DNA of 61,839 nt, counting the filler, from Sphacelaria rigidula (lineage: Eukaryota), in NCBI GenBank assembly GCA_964200075.2. It is 9 parts of 9 records of this genome, joined end to end, with 100 filler letters (N's around TTAATTAATTAA, not from the genome) between each part and the next. Parts side by side here need not be neighbours in the genome. Positions count along the whole stretch, not along the records: positions 20,648 to 27,429 come from CAXNAA020018114.1; positions 27,530 to 34,311 come from CAXNAA020018115.1; positions 34,412 to 41,193 come from CAXNAA020018116.1; 6 more parts are not named here. One strand, written 5' to 3'. Shown piece by piece: positions 24,787 through 37,559 of the stretch. The stretch's first letter is position 1. Each line of letters starts with the position of its first letter. The notes under the pieces were generated by a model. The model worked only from the letters and a program-made list of their open reading frames with translations. It did no database searches and was not told the DNA's origin. Position numbers and translations under genes: made by a program.

Positions 24787-25901
24787 GTGAGTACAGTGGG
24801 AATTCCCGCAACTGTGCGGCCTATTGAATTGTCGTACCCCCTCCACGCAGTGCGGTCAAAATCGCTGGTTACAATTCCAACGGCTGTATGCACCACTTTC
24901 AAGTAGTGTCTACTTTTCCAGTGAAAAAGTTTGCGAGGTGCCACTATAACGCGGTCATCGCCGAGCTGATAGCCCACCGCACTGTAGTGGGACCTGTTCT
25001 TAATCTGGGTACATCCAAGAGCCAACACAGTTTTTTTCGCGTGTAAAAATTTCGCCACCAGCTGCAGTAGTTAGCTGCCCGCATGGTTGTCGCGCCCACG
25101 CGGTGAGTGCATGAATCACGTGGCTGGCGTACCTTCGGGGGCTCGCTGACATCGATCCTCGATTGAGAGGTGAAAGTGTGCAAGGTCATGTTTCCGAACA
25201 GTGGTCACTACTCTTCCACAGTGTTGATGGGTTTTACTGGTCGTGCTTTCACGTACAGTACTCCCCTTCCCCGCTTTCTAGTCAGGGGGAGGAGGATGTA
25301 GATGCAAAGGTTTTGCCTCTGTGGCGAAGCACCAGAGGGTAGAACGCATGTAGTGGGAGAGTGAACTGTACAAGGAAGACCGATACGTGTCGGGGATGAG
25401 GAAAATACAAAAAAGAAACGATCACTATATACGGAGATACATCGTGGGTGCAGACGGCGCAGTGGGGGCGAGAAAAAGTAGAAAGTTCTCTTGGAATGCT
25501 CGGGGGAAACGTACTGAGGGTCCAAGTGTTGGGGGGTGTCTTTACTTGAAGTAGGAACGGTGCTTCGTCTCGAAAGGGATACAGGATTATCGGTCAGATG
25601 ACTTGCGGCAAGCTACGAGTGAGTACCCTCTTTGATGTCGGTTCCGTAGTCTGCGGATGTTAACCCGCCTCTCCATCGGTACTGTGTATGTCTGATAATA
25701 ACAGGTTGTTATCTAAAAAATGCCATAGTTGTGCAGGAACATGATGCATGGTTGGTGCCCGCGCGAGCAGCGTGACATCCATCCGGACGGTCACGGATAG
25801 AGAAGTGTTGCCTCTCCACAACGAAACTGTTGGCGAGACGAAGATCTGCTGACTTTGCCATCTCCGAATAATGTTTCTATCGTTTCGTGCGGGTAAAACA
25901 G

Positions 25902-26071
25902 GCAACACAAACGTCTTTTACAATGGGCGATGTGTTTCCATTGAGTCTGTGCACGGAGGCATCGAGCCGGATGTGGTGATCGCCAGCGCACGGCATTCCA
26001 AGATCGTTTCCAGGGTAGCGGAGCTCCGGAAGGAGTATGAGGGCCGATACGTGTTTGTGGGGATCGATAAG
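25902..26071 (+). CDS. Trehalose-6-phosphate synthase domain, exon D
   Basis: YNGRCVSIESVHGGIEP...LRKEYEGRYVFVGIDK; phase 1 matches exon C; AAG|GTTCGT donor. Confidence 0.9.
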
Positions 26072-26240
26072 GTTCGTTCGTGTCAGCGCAGTTGCTTCTA
26101 AATATATATTTTTTTTCGTGACTTCGAGAGTCTGGGATACTGTCGAGACGGAAAATCGATCAATGTTAGGCATGAATTAGTTTCAGCTCCGAAATGCCAC
26201 TTCACGAGGCCCGATACAGTTTCTGCAGTAGCTCGCCACT

Positions 26241-26495
26241 GAATGATGCCACGGTAGGGGTGCACAAATATTTTTTGAGGTTAGAATTGTTAGGAGCCCT
26301 TTATTTCATGCAAAACACGACGTATGAAAATGTGATGGTATGCCAAGATTACTACTCCAACGTGATGAGGATATCCCGAATGAGTTTGCAAACGGGGATG
26401 CCCTGGCCCATATTTTTGTGCATCTAGAATCGTTGGGAGCCCTTGAACTAGACACAATTTCGCGAAAAAAGTGCACCCCTACCGTAGCATTGCTC
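26241..26495. mobile_element. MITE with GAG..CTC-type TIRs and 4-bp TSD (Sola-like), copy 1
   Basis: TIR GAATGATGCCACGGTAGGGGTGCAC / GTGCACCCCTACCGTAGCATTGCTC; TSD CACT on both sides. Confidence 0.85.
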
Positions 26496-28855
26496 CACTG
26501 AAGCCGTTAGTATCCCTGAGCAGGGTTACAATGTGTAGCTGTAAGCACACGATGGTGTTACAGGAAGAGGGAAAGTCACGCACAAGATGAAAAATTGGTC
26601 ATGCTGGAGCGTAATGAGAGTCAGTCACTGAATCAACGCTAGATTATCAAAAACAAGTTTTTTTCTTCTTTTTGTGGTTCGCGTGATGACTGCTATTTGT
26701 GCGTTTTGGAACTCTTTAACGTTGTCTCGGGTAGAGTGTTTCCCACATTTGGGCAATGTGAAATGACATGTATTGTCGTAGGTACCTGAAGCTCGGGTGG
26801 AGTATTGATATCGCACTTATCAAGACCCAGGTATTGGGTATAGAGTATTGCGATCGGAAAAAACTTTACCCGATGTTTTGGGTAGAGTTGGGAGATCGGA
26901 GCATCGCAACACAAAATTCGGGAGAAGGAATACCCGGTTATGTGCTCTACCCAACGCACCCTGTGGACTTTTTCTTGAGGGAGGGGGGGGGGGTGAGGCG
27001 GTGTTTCACGTTTATTTTCCTCGTGCACGGGTACTTTTTGTAGATACGGCGGGATTTCCTCCGAAATGGGTTCATGTAGGACCTTCAGGCACTCTTTTTC
27101 ATTAAACAGTCCATTGTGTAATCTGTGCGCCTTTTTTTTTTCTTTTTGAAGAGTTTTCGAGTTCAGCGTTGTGACAAGAGAGGTGTTTGAGGATTCTCCT
27201 GTTACAAATTCAACCCTGTGATCAGGTGGGGGATTGCATTAGTCGTGGCTGGTCTGACTCTGAAAGTGGTGATTCCAGAAAATGCAGCTTCCCACTGGGG
27301 GCAAGATAACCAGTACGCCTCGGGCCGAGCAATCTTCGCAGGAAGCAGCTCACCTTTCATGCGACTCGCCGAACATACCACGGCGCTTCGCGCTCGTTGA
27401 TTGAGTGCGAGCCTTGTCCGGCGAAAACCNNNNNNNNNNNNNNNNNNNNNNNNNNNNNNNNNNNNNNNNNNNNTTAATTAATTAANNNNNNNNNNNNNNN
27501 NNNNNNNNNNNNNNNNNNNNNNNNNNNNNTCCAATTCGTTTCCGGTGATGAGATATTGGTCTGCCAGGTTAAATCCGTTTCTGGGCTGGCCCACGTCGTA
27601 CTGTACTGGTGAAGAAACATGAAGAATAAGGTTTTTGCCAATTTGATTTTGTCATTTCCCCATTATCGACCGCTTGGAGGGCGGGGGGGGAAGGGGATAG
27701 GGGTGGTGCCGTCATTTCCGAGCACATAGCAAATTGACGTCTACGGCTGCGCGTCTACCGGCTGCGCGCGGATGATGCCAGCAAAGGCCCGCATGGAAGA
27801 CTCAAGAATCCAACACACACAAAAAGTTCCGCCGCATTTTTCACGTGCTTGAGAAAACTGCGAGCTCTGGGGGCACTAGGATAGTAATGCACCGATATCT
27901 CGCCGGCGTTCTCGACGCGTGTTCGGTGCAAGGAATGTCAGATTCCACGTCGGCCCAGCTCCTACGCATCTCCGCTGTTGTGAGCGCCAGTTGTAATGCA
28001 AGTGGGGCACAGGGGCGTACGTGGCCGTCCTGCTCGCTAAAAGCGTCACGTAACACAAGCTTGATAGTTGGCATTAGGGTGGGGCCGAATCTTTCCATCC
28101 ACTTTCACGTTTTTCATGTTCAAAAATGGCAAAAACGAAGGTTTCATGGCGATGGTTTTGGGTTTTGGGCTCATGTCCTCTAGACCACATCTCATCACAC
28201 GGTGTCACGCCAGCAGCGCAGTGCCTGGTAACATCATGTTCGTCGCAAAGAGTAGAAAAATCATATCTACATGCGGTGCAGTCATGATGTGTGCAATATT
28301 TGATTTGGGGCTGCGCTTGTTACAAACTCACAAGTGTGCTTGCTGATTTCCGAGGGTCCCCCTGCCCCACTTTCCAAATTTGGAAATGGAAACGCGATGC
28401 AAAAAAGTCATTCACGCTTCCAAAATTCACATCGAGGGAAAGATGAGGTGCAACCAGAGAGAAAACGTGTATTGCTCAAGTATTGAATCTATTCCCCAAT
28501 TCCAACAGAAAACAGATTCGATCCTTCAGGCTCTACACTTGTTTTTTCATCATCCCTTTTCGAGGGTGAGGAAACGTGCAAAAGAGGGTGAGAGGGGGGG
28601 GGGCGGGGGGGATTACCCTTTCTTCCGTTGTTGAGCCTTCGCTAAATGGAACGACAACACATCGACACAAACCATGTTGGATCTGATTTATGGAGTGGCA
28701 GGATCGCTTTGAGATCGGAAGGTCGGGCATCATCGCCGCCATCACGAGTGTGAGATGAGGAAATGATGCGGTTTTGGATTTACCGTACATGAAACATACA
28801 ACAACAGATTCATCAACCGAGCAAAGCGAAGTGGTAGCCGTCTTTTTGGCTTTAA

Positions 28856-28954
28856 CCCTTGGACCGCGAGGGTAGTCCGTCTGGACCACGTATACCTTTT
28901 TCAAGTGTAGTTGATGCCGATTCAACAGATGACCTACTCTCGGCGTCTCAAGGG
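28856..28954. mobile_element. ~98-bp piggyBac-like MITE, copy 1
   Basis: TTAA|CCCTTGGACCGCGAG ... AAGGG|TAAA; same body as 32435-32532 and 55440-55537. Confidence 0.8.
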
Positions 28955-29795
28955 TAAAGTTGCGGTTGTTCTGGGCCAAAACTCATATTTGCAACCTGCC
29001 CGAGGTCTGCGATGTTGAATGTTTACATGTACGGAGGGCAGGGGAAGACGGGGACTTGATGATTTCTGGCTTGTCGCTTGTACCCCTGTATTGCACACGA
29101 ACACAGTAGCGTTTCGATGCCCCCACCTACTCCTGTGCTTCTTCTGTTACCTCAAAAGAATCATTGACTAAATCGTGGATTGGATCTCGGCATGACTTTT
29201 CGCCAGAGTGAAGACGTGATGTCTTCACAATGAAAAGCCGTTCCGATATCTGCGCAGTACTTCCTACTTGCATACTGGGCATCTCATGCGGAGGCCCTCC
29301 ATTTTTGTCACAGGTCAACAACCCGAAAATAAAGGATGATATATGAAAATAAATACTACTGTTGTTGTATTACGATACAGTATAATAAAAAGAACCAGCG
29401 GTGCTTGTGAGGGTGGCCACAGCCAGTGAGAGCCGTTCGCCATCTCTATAAAATCTTTTAGGCGCCGACCCGGACAGATGGACCCTGGGTGGATGACTGG
29501 TGAGCAGATGCTACGGTCAAACCGGCACGTGGGTAGGGGTTTGGGGACCACGTAATACACCGTCCTTCGTCATTGGGAGTGGTGCTCGCAGACAGAAGCC
29601 GCTCAGCCGTAACGGCGTCGGAGCATTGAAATCAGCTGGTGTTTATATTTCGAAAAGGTCTGGGGCCACAGGGGTAAAAACTACCGTTCAATCGACCGGT
29701 AATGATGAAAAGACGGATCGCTGAAAACAGGAATAAAAAGCTGTCTATACTGTACTGTAGTATAGAACGACGGTGACGCCTGGAGGCGGCACAAC

Positions 29796-29901
29796 TCAGA
29801 GATGCTGAGATCCGACGACATCTCTTTCTGTGCGGGCAAAACGAGCGACACTCGAAAGTCCAATCGCTGCGAACTCGACTTCCAACTTCGAGAGGGTTGT
29901 A
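29796..29901 (-). CDS. Probable terminal exon 3 of the MYND protein (TTLSKLEVEFAAIGLSSVARFARTERDVVGSQHL*)
   Basis: GACAG| acceptor in the correct phase, open to TGA; no homology support, and an alternative AG lies 4 nt upstream. Confidence 0.45.
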
Positions 29902-30146
29902 CTGTCTACATGAACTACTGCTGATGTGCTGTACTACTGTAAGGCCACCTGTCTGTTCCCGGACGGGTTCACAGTGCACCTAGAAACGACTACGTGCACT
30001 GACAAATCCTTTTTACGCCTGGAACAATATTATACAACAATACCGTACAGTACAACACCGCAGCACAACAAATAACGCATACACCAGGTAGTGAGGATAT
30101 GCAAGATGCAAGCACTACTCTACTCTGCGAGCGGAGTATAACGCAC

Positions 30147-30266
30147 GTTTGTTCCATCAAGTCGCCCTCGTCCATTGACCCGCGCCTGGAGGCCAAATAC
30201 GCGCACATATCTTTGTGGTCTATCCAGGCTGCTCGTTGACATTCGCGCGTGCAATAATGCACGGAC
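30147..30266 (-). CDS. MYND zinc-finger protein exon 2 (SVHYCTRECQRAAWIDHKDMC...)
   Basis: ACAG| acceptor; splicing gives CSRCKSVHYCTRECQRAAWIDHKDMC, the MYND consensus CxxC..YCxxxCQ..W..HK..C; AC|GTGCGT donor. Confidence 0.9.
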
Positions 30267-31091
30267 CTGTTGTTGTACAATGCGCAGACGGAAAATGGGT
30301 ATCAACAGTAATCTAGACATGGATGCGAGTACCTATGTGCCGATACCAGAGGTATGATTGCTGCATAAGAACACTGTCTGTACTGCACTTCTTCGCCAAA
30401 TATAGCCAGCACACGGATGCTGCTGATATCTGCACACGGTTCTTGGACAGTATAATAGTAAACTAACATGAAGTGCAATCGTCGATTCCCGTGTGCTGAG
30501 TGGCGGAAAATAAAGCGACTGTTGAAATCCCGACAATATTTGGTACGCCTCAAGGGCTGCATTCATGACGATGCACAACATTTCAGCACAAGAGGGTGCT
30601 GTGTTTCATTATGTATCGCTCTCTGGCTGCATTCTCTAGCTTGCTCTGTTCATGCGCCTGGCTCGTACTCCCTCTCCTGGAGGGATGCGTTTGTCGGCGA
30701 CAGTACAGTCGCAAATTTCTTGCGACATTGACGAAAGTCCTCGCCATCTGGTCGAATCCACACATTGTGAAAGTGTGAAAATGTGAAGGTAATATCTTGC
30801 AGCGGGCAACCCATGCGCAAGGTGGTTCTGATCGCGATTAGGAACAAACTACCACTACGTGTTGCCCCCCCTCCCATCCAGCAACGGTAATGTAGATTGA
30901 GGCGGTACTAAAGCTACTTGTTCTGCAACAGGTATTGCTCGTATTCTGGCAGCCCACACATGTGATCCACAATTAATATCTATTTCTATCTAGACAAAAA
31001 TCAACAACCTGTTAACTGGTCGGGTAACGGCCCGGTGGTCTGTCCTGTGAGTGTAGTTTCAGGTGCATTCGTTCTCAGCGATCTATCTCAC

Positions 31092-31156
31092 TTGCATCGG
31101 GAGCATCTCTGATTCGCCGGCTCGCTGCAACCAGGTGCACCACAGGTTGCGCTCAT
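31092..31156 (-). CDS. MYND zinc-finger protein exon 1 (MSATCGAPGCSEPANQRCSRCK)
   Basis: ATG at 31156 in GCCATG context; AA|GTGAGA donor, phase 2. Confidence 0.85.
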
Positions 31157-32434
31157 GGCTGCGTGGGCTCTTGATGTTCCCGCCGCTGGTTGCGTGTTGT
31201 GGTGTAGTGTGCGAAGCTCCTCAGGAGAAGAAATGAAAAATTGACTGTGCGTGGTAGGGACGACGCTGTTCAAGTGTTCGTCGCATCTAAAAGCTGATTG
31301 GTGTCGGGGTCCATCGTAAAGAGACAGATATACATTTTAAGTGATGGTCCTACACAAGCGCAAAGGGTATGACATAGGCCTTGTAATCATGTCATACAAT
31401 TCGACAAGTTGACAAGTTGAACTGTACTGGTAGAGATGCTCTCCAATTTTGCCTGTTGCAGGTGATGCAGTGTAGTATGCAGCTCGCAGCTGCTGCGATG
31501 TTTTTATTGCGTACTCGATCTACTTCCTTCGGGGAGATTTGGTGCATTTAAAAGTAAACATACTGCACTGCACAAACACTACGTTGCTGACCCGTCCGTG
31601 CATATGATAAAGTGCGTGCGGGACAGCGAGAAATATCCATTTTTTAATTTTTTTTTACAGGTTCACAGTCTTTATGCCAAAATGTGATGATACAGGATGC
31701 AACTCGAGTACTCACCGAAGCCCGCATAGAAGAATCATTGTCTAAAGAATCAGGTGGTGGCAGCCGCGAAGTACGCTCATATGACACGAGCGTTGAGCCC
31801 CCGGTGAAGGAGGACAGGTCTAACACGCGGTACCGCCGGAAGGCTCTATTTGAGGCGGGACCGTTGGTGCTACTTTGACCGTTGGTGCTACTTTTTGTCG
31901 GGAAAGGTGATTGCTTCCCGCGTTGGCTGGTATGAAGAGAGTCCCTCTGTATCGGTTCCTTGCGGCCTCGATGGTACGCCGATGGTTGGCGGTTACGGGG
32001 GAGGAGCCGGACCCCGACGATGCGTACGAAGTAGCCCACAACTCATGGAGTCCACTTGAAAAGGGAATTTCTCAAGTGCTTTTGTCTATGGGTTGCAGGA
32101 GATGATCGTCTGCAAGCATGGCTGGTGGTCAACTCGGACAGTTTGAAATTTGAAAACTATAAATAAATCCCTGTGTAAAAGTCGGTGATTTGTTGTCCCG
32201 TGCTGTTGTGTATAGCCCTTGCTGCTGTGTGCTGCGTTCTGCACTGTCATGGTGGGGGTGGGGCCCGATTTTGGGTACTATATTTCGGGAAAATGGATCA
32301 CGAACGCTATATGCGTAAGAACTGAACCGTAATCGGACGAATCATATCAATCAAAAATACATGCGTCACCTAGAAACAACGACCTGGCTCATATGAAATG
32401 TACCATAAACTATGAACATGATACATATCTTTAA

Positions 32435-32532
32435 ACCTTGGACCGCGAGGTAAGTCTTTCTGGATCATGGATACTTTTTTTCACTTGAAATTGATGCCGA
32501 TTCAACAGAAGACTAACCTCGCGGTCTAAGGG
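32435..32532. mobile_element. ~98-bp piggyBac-like MITE, copy 2
   Basis: TTAA TSD on both sides; TIR ACCTTGGACCGCGAGGT / ACCTCGCGGTCTAAGGG. Confidence 0.88.
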
Positions 32533-33254
32533 TTAAGCCTCTGAGTGCTCGGTGTTGAGATGATTTTGTTCCTCCGCATAACTCGCTCCAGATCAGCGGG
32601 TGCAAACTCTTGGTGCACCAGTGTTCAGCTGCTGTACTACTCGGGAAGCGCACGCGCCCGAGCTGCCACCCCACGTTTACCACCTTTGCGAATGTAACAA
32701 GACGAGAAGACGAACAGCAGCAGTTGTGGCCGCCACACACCAACGCATCTGCAGTGAAAGGCGTGCCTGACATCGCCACAGTAGAACGTACGGAAATTTG
32801 GATACCATGAGCAGCAGCGTCGCCCATCCCTTAGGTTCTCCCTCGAAAACGTCTGTCACAAGACGGCCGTGTTTCATCGGTGAACTCGTCCCCTACAAGC
32901 CAAGGGGTGTAAGGGCATTCGCTCACGATAAGTGAGGTTGTCCTTTGTACACATCCCCACAGAACAGAGCAGCACATGGCAGATCGCCACCAAAGCAAAT
33001 GTCGTGACATTCGTGCCAAAAAATAGCCCCTGGTCGAAGATGCACGTTGATGTAAATCGTATGGTTTACATATGATTTTCAGTATGTACAGGCAGTGAGT
33101 TGAAATATGTTGACTCTGCTGACCTGTTCATATATATGGTCAGTGCGTAGTCTAAAATAAAATTCGCTCCTGGCGCCCTGGTTTCTCCGCTGGAACCCTC
33201 AGATCCAACAGCCGAAGTTCATGTGTCACGTCGCCCTCTGAGACTCAATGTATG

Positions 33255-33760
33255 AAGAGTACTCGCTGTTGAAAGGCTAGGTTACTCATTGTGCACAGCC
33301 GTACAAAACGAAGCAGCACCTGGCGGCACGCCACAAAGTGACACACCGTCACACACTGCTCGCTGCGAGAAGAAAATATGCAGCCCAAAACAAAGCTGTC
33401 GACCGTCGCATAGTTTGCATCTCACTCTTATATTGGTATATGTAAACAGACAATTACGAAGTACATGATCACACCAGTCGCTAGCAAATGTAAGCAGGCA
33501 GTGCAAGTACTACAATCGCTCAAGACGTCTCGGCTTCTACACTGGAGCTCTGACACCAAGCAGCCGCTAGCTTTGTCTTTCTTCTGTGAAATCCCCCTCT
33601 GAAATTCGACACTTGAAGGGATACTCGCTGTTGAAAGGCGAAAATGGCTGTCGTGCACAGCTGCACAGAACTAAGCAGCAGCGCCTGCCGACACACAACC
33701 AAACTGCATGTGACAACTTGCGACGAGAAAAAAACAACATGCCCACCGATTTTTTTGAAT
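33255..33760 (+). repeat. Diverged ~360-bp-period tandem duplication
   Basis: TACTCGCTGTTGAAAGGC..GTGCACAGC.G.ACA.AAC.AAGCAGCA at ~33260 and ~33622. Confidence 0.7.
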
Positions 33761-34769
33761 TTGCGATGTTGGACCTCCATTACAATAGCGCTAGACACTA
33801 ATCCTCAACCCAAAAGTGCCGATCGCGCAACGCGTAGAAGTCGGTGACGAAGCAGAGGATTGGACTGCCGTTTCTTGCGTGCGCTTCCCACACACCCAAG
33901 CTAAGTGAATCTAATTCACTTTTTTCGTTTGAGCGTGATACTGAGCCGCAACAAACCCAACCGTACAAAAATGAGGTGTTTTGAGCTCTGGGAGGGGGTT
34001 TTTGCGCTGCTGGTGCGACGCCAGGAAAATGTGAAATTGATTCTCCTAGATCTTGTGCGTATGCGGGGGGGGGGTGAAGTGCCGTAGGCTGGCTTGCTTC
34101 CTGTGTCGAGAACCGCGCGATCTCCCATACTAGAGCTGTCCCATAGTAAGTCAAGGTTGTAAGTGATGAAGCGTGCGTTCTGCTCGAGAGAGCCTCGGCA
34201 CAGGTGCGACCACCTACTGACGTGTTCATCATTCCTCCGCTTCAGTGTAGGATGACTCGTGTACAGAGTCGAGCTAGGGGACACTGTAGGAGGTTTGGTC
34301 GGTGAGGGACANNNNNNNNNNNNNNNNNNNNNNNNNNNNNNNNNNNNNNNNNNNNTTAATTAATTAANNNNNNNNNNNNNNNNNNNNNNNNNNNNNNNNN
34401 NNNNNNNNNNNCCCATTGAGCGGAGTTGAGGTTCTCCCACGTCGCATAACATGATCTAGCTCGACCACCATCATGGTCACCGCAAAAAAAAAAAACGCAA
34501 GGGGGTAACAGAACAATCGGTAACCTGGTCGCCTAGCTCACGCAGTGAGTGGCGTGTTTTACAGCATCATCGCCAACCGAATCCAACCGCATAGGGGGTC
34601 CGCCCCAACAAAGCCGGGACAGAGCACGCTGGGTTCTCGCCGGACCAGGCCATGGGGCTGGTTTGGGGGGGGGGGGGGGGTATCGCGGCACCGCATTTTG
34701 AGGGGNNNNNNNNNCCAGCGCGGGCGGGGCCCCCCCGCCCACAGGGGGGGGGAGCCGCGGGGGGGGTCC

Positions 34770-34816
<47 letters not shown>

Positions 34817-35894
34817 TCGCGGCACCGCATTTTGAGGGGTGTTTTCAGTTGCATCGTGAGACCACCGGTTCGCGGCATCATTTGAAGCAGTTGATCAGTT
34901 GAACTCCATGTTTTTGCAGTTCCCAACAGCTGCACTCGAATTTGTCATATGATTAGATGCCGGAATGATAACAGTACCGGTCAACCCTGTAGTGGACTAG
35001 CACCATCCTCGGAGGAGAATATCAACTCCGCGTATCCAGTTGCCCCCCATTTCCTGGACCAAGTGAATTTTTCACTCAGCAATTGATAGCGACCATCTGA
35101 GGGGATCTTGGTGTCCACCAGATGAAGTCAAACCTTTGACCCCCAGGGGCGGTCGTCTGTTGAATGGGCATAAAATTTCCCTTCTACAATATCCACTTTA
35201 TTGACCTTGGGACGTCCATCTTGTGGGTAATGACCACGGCTGGGTCCCCCGGGGATTAGTTATAGTAGTGCGCGACAATCAATCAGTCACTAACTTGTTA
35301 CCGGAGCCGGATGGCCTACTACACCGGCGGTCAAAGTGTTGGAAAGCACGACAAAAATGAACGCAAGAGAGTCGTGCTACGGTGGCTGTACTCATGATCT
35401 TGCATGCCGTAATCACAAGACTGTTGACCTCGCAACCCTACGAAGCCGGGACGGAGCACGCCGGGTTTTCGCCAGACCAGGCTCGCAATCAATCACCAAG
35501 CGCCGAGCGCCGTGATGTATTCGGCGAGTCGCATGAAGGGTGAGCTGCATCCTGCCAAGATTGTTCGACCCGAAGCGTATCGGTTCTCTTGCATTTGGAT
35601 GACAGCCTTCAATGAATTCCTTCATTTTCTGGTATCGCCATTAGCGATGGGGGGAGAGGGGAGGGGGGGAGAGGGGATTCCACGAAAAAAGGGGCCCATA
35701 GGTGTGTCAGATGACGTAACACACTCGCGATGCCCTTCTATTTGGTTAAAAACGGTGTCAAGCATTATGATTCAGCGTTGTCTATCAGAAACAAGCGTAT
35801 TCGAATATCCATTGCTGCTTTACCAACGATTTGAAGTAGAATTTCGTGGAAGAAACGACCCAGAGTACTCCCCCCACCGCGCCCCCCACGCCCC

Positions 35895-37261
35895 CCCGTG
35901 ATATCAGGTTTGATGTTCGCGGATGATTTCGTGGGGATTTCAGGAACACCAGAAGGATTACAAAAACAAATAGAAAAGGCGCTAGAATACAAAAGGAAGT
36001 GGAGAGTGACAGCGAATGTTGACAAATGCGCGGTACTTGTCTGTAACGAAGATAAGAAAAATCCGGTAGAGTTCAAGTAGAAGTGAGGAGAAGAGGAACT
36101 GCCGACGGTAGACCAGTATAGATACCTTGGCGTAGAGATCTCAAAACACTGTTCTTGGGACGGACACGTAAACAAAGTAATAGGAAAGGGTAAGGCACAG
36201 ATAGGAAGGATGGACGTGGTCCTCAGAACCTCGCACGTAGACACTAGGGTTAAGATATGTATCCTGATGAACGTGATCGTACCAAAGCTGGAATATGCAG
36301 GAGAAGTATGGGAGGAGAACGTGAATTTGGTGAAAAATTTAGAAACAGTACAGATGGCAGTAGCTAAGACGATACTTGGATGCTCGAAAACGACGAGTAA
36401 TATGGCACTGAGAGCAGAGTCGGGAATGTACTCACTTAAAACAAACGGAGACATGAGGAAATTGAGGTTGCAACATAGCGTAAAGAACATGCAAAGAAAG
36501 AGATTGCCAGCTACAGTTGATGAGGCTGTATGTAGGAAGAGTACGAAAGGGAAGGCTGGAATAAGGTGGGGTAAAGAAGTCGAGAAAGTATGGAAGGAGA
36601 TAGTAGGGAAACAAGACGAAATACTGTCCACAGATAAAGACGCGGGGCACAAGGCAAAAGTAAGAGACATGATAGAAATAAGGGAAAGAGGAGCGCTCAG
36701 GCGCAAGGTAGACGAGGAGGAACACCTGGAGATATACGGGGGGTTGAGATAGGGGATAGGGACGAAAACATATCTGCACGACCCCATGGACGCGGCGAAA
36801 AAAATGAAACTGCGATCTCGGGTGGGAGATCTGGACCTGCCAGAAAGAAGAAGGAGACACACCTGGAGTCAAAAGGACGAGGAAGTAGATGCACAGAACT
36901 GCCTCTGTGGCAAAGCAATAGAAAGGAGAAGCCATATAGTTGCAGAATGTGAACTATACAAGCAGGAACGGGACGTGCTAGAAGGGGAAATGCGGGACGT
37001 GAACGAAGATGGCATGAAATTGTCCGATGCATTAGACAGTAGGGAGAAAACGATGGTTACACTGGGAGATAGATGGTGGCCAGAGACGGCGAAACAGGAC
37101 GGGGATAAGATATGTAAAAAGGTTTTTGTGCAATATATGGAAGAAACGTAATGAGCGCCGGAATGTTGGAGGTTTCTCTGTCAGGAGTAGGAACGGTGCT
37201 CCGTCCCGAAAGGGAAGGTGTGGTCAATGGTCGAACGACTAAGGCACGCAACAAATGAGTA
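35895..37261 (+). mobile_element. 5'-truncated, decayed non-LTR retrotransposon (LINE): RT C-terminal half, C-terminal CCHC region and 3' UTR
   Basis: LMFADD catalytic motif, YRYLG, PKLEYAGEVW, and C-x-C..E...H...EC zinc-knuckle-like motif. In-frame stops at 36078, 36084 and 36750. Lies in NEK intron 2, antisense to the gene. Confidence 0.92.
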
Positions 37262-37437
37262 CGCCCCCCCGCCCCCACCTCCTCCTACCGCAGCATGACC
37301 AAAAAATGATGGTGTCTTCTTTATTGTCTTACGTTGGATACGTCTATCTTATGGATCATGACCACACCTGGATCCTCCGAGGACCAGTGAATGCGAGCCA
37401 ATCAGACAAACAAATCAGTCACTCAGTCTTTACTCAC

Positions 37438-37559
37438 GTCCTTTCCATGAAACTCTCGATGTATTTCACGATATTGGAGTGGTGCATTTGGCTCAGTATC
37501 TCCGCTTCTGCAACCGCCGCCTTGCGTTGTTGGTCCAGCATTTGGCCCACGCGAATTTC
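37438..37559 (-). CDS. NEK kinase exon 2 (EIRVGQMLDQQRKAAVAEAEILSQMHHSNIVKYIESFMERT)
   Basis: TTTCCCTCTCAG| acceptor, AC|GTGAGT donor; alphaC Glu and HxNIVxYxESF are typical of NEKs. No further exon found on this contig. Confidence 0.93.

Noticed and set aside
34660..34845. Long poly-G tracts with duplicated TATCGCGGCACCGCATTTTGAGGGG, a possible G-quadruplex element
   Set aside because: Spans an internal N gap; most likely a low-quality join or homopolymer artefact.
35765..36862. Longest ORF in the track (365 aa, minus strand)
   Set aside because: Antisense shadow of the purine-rich LINE reading frame.
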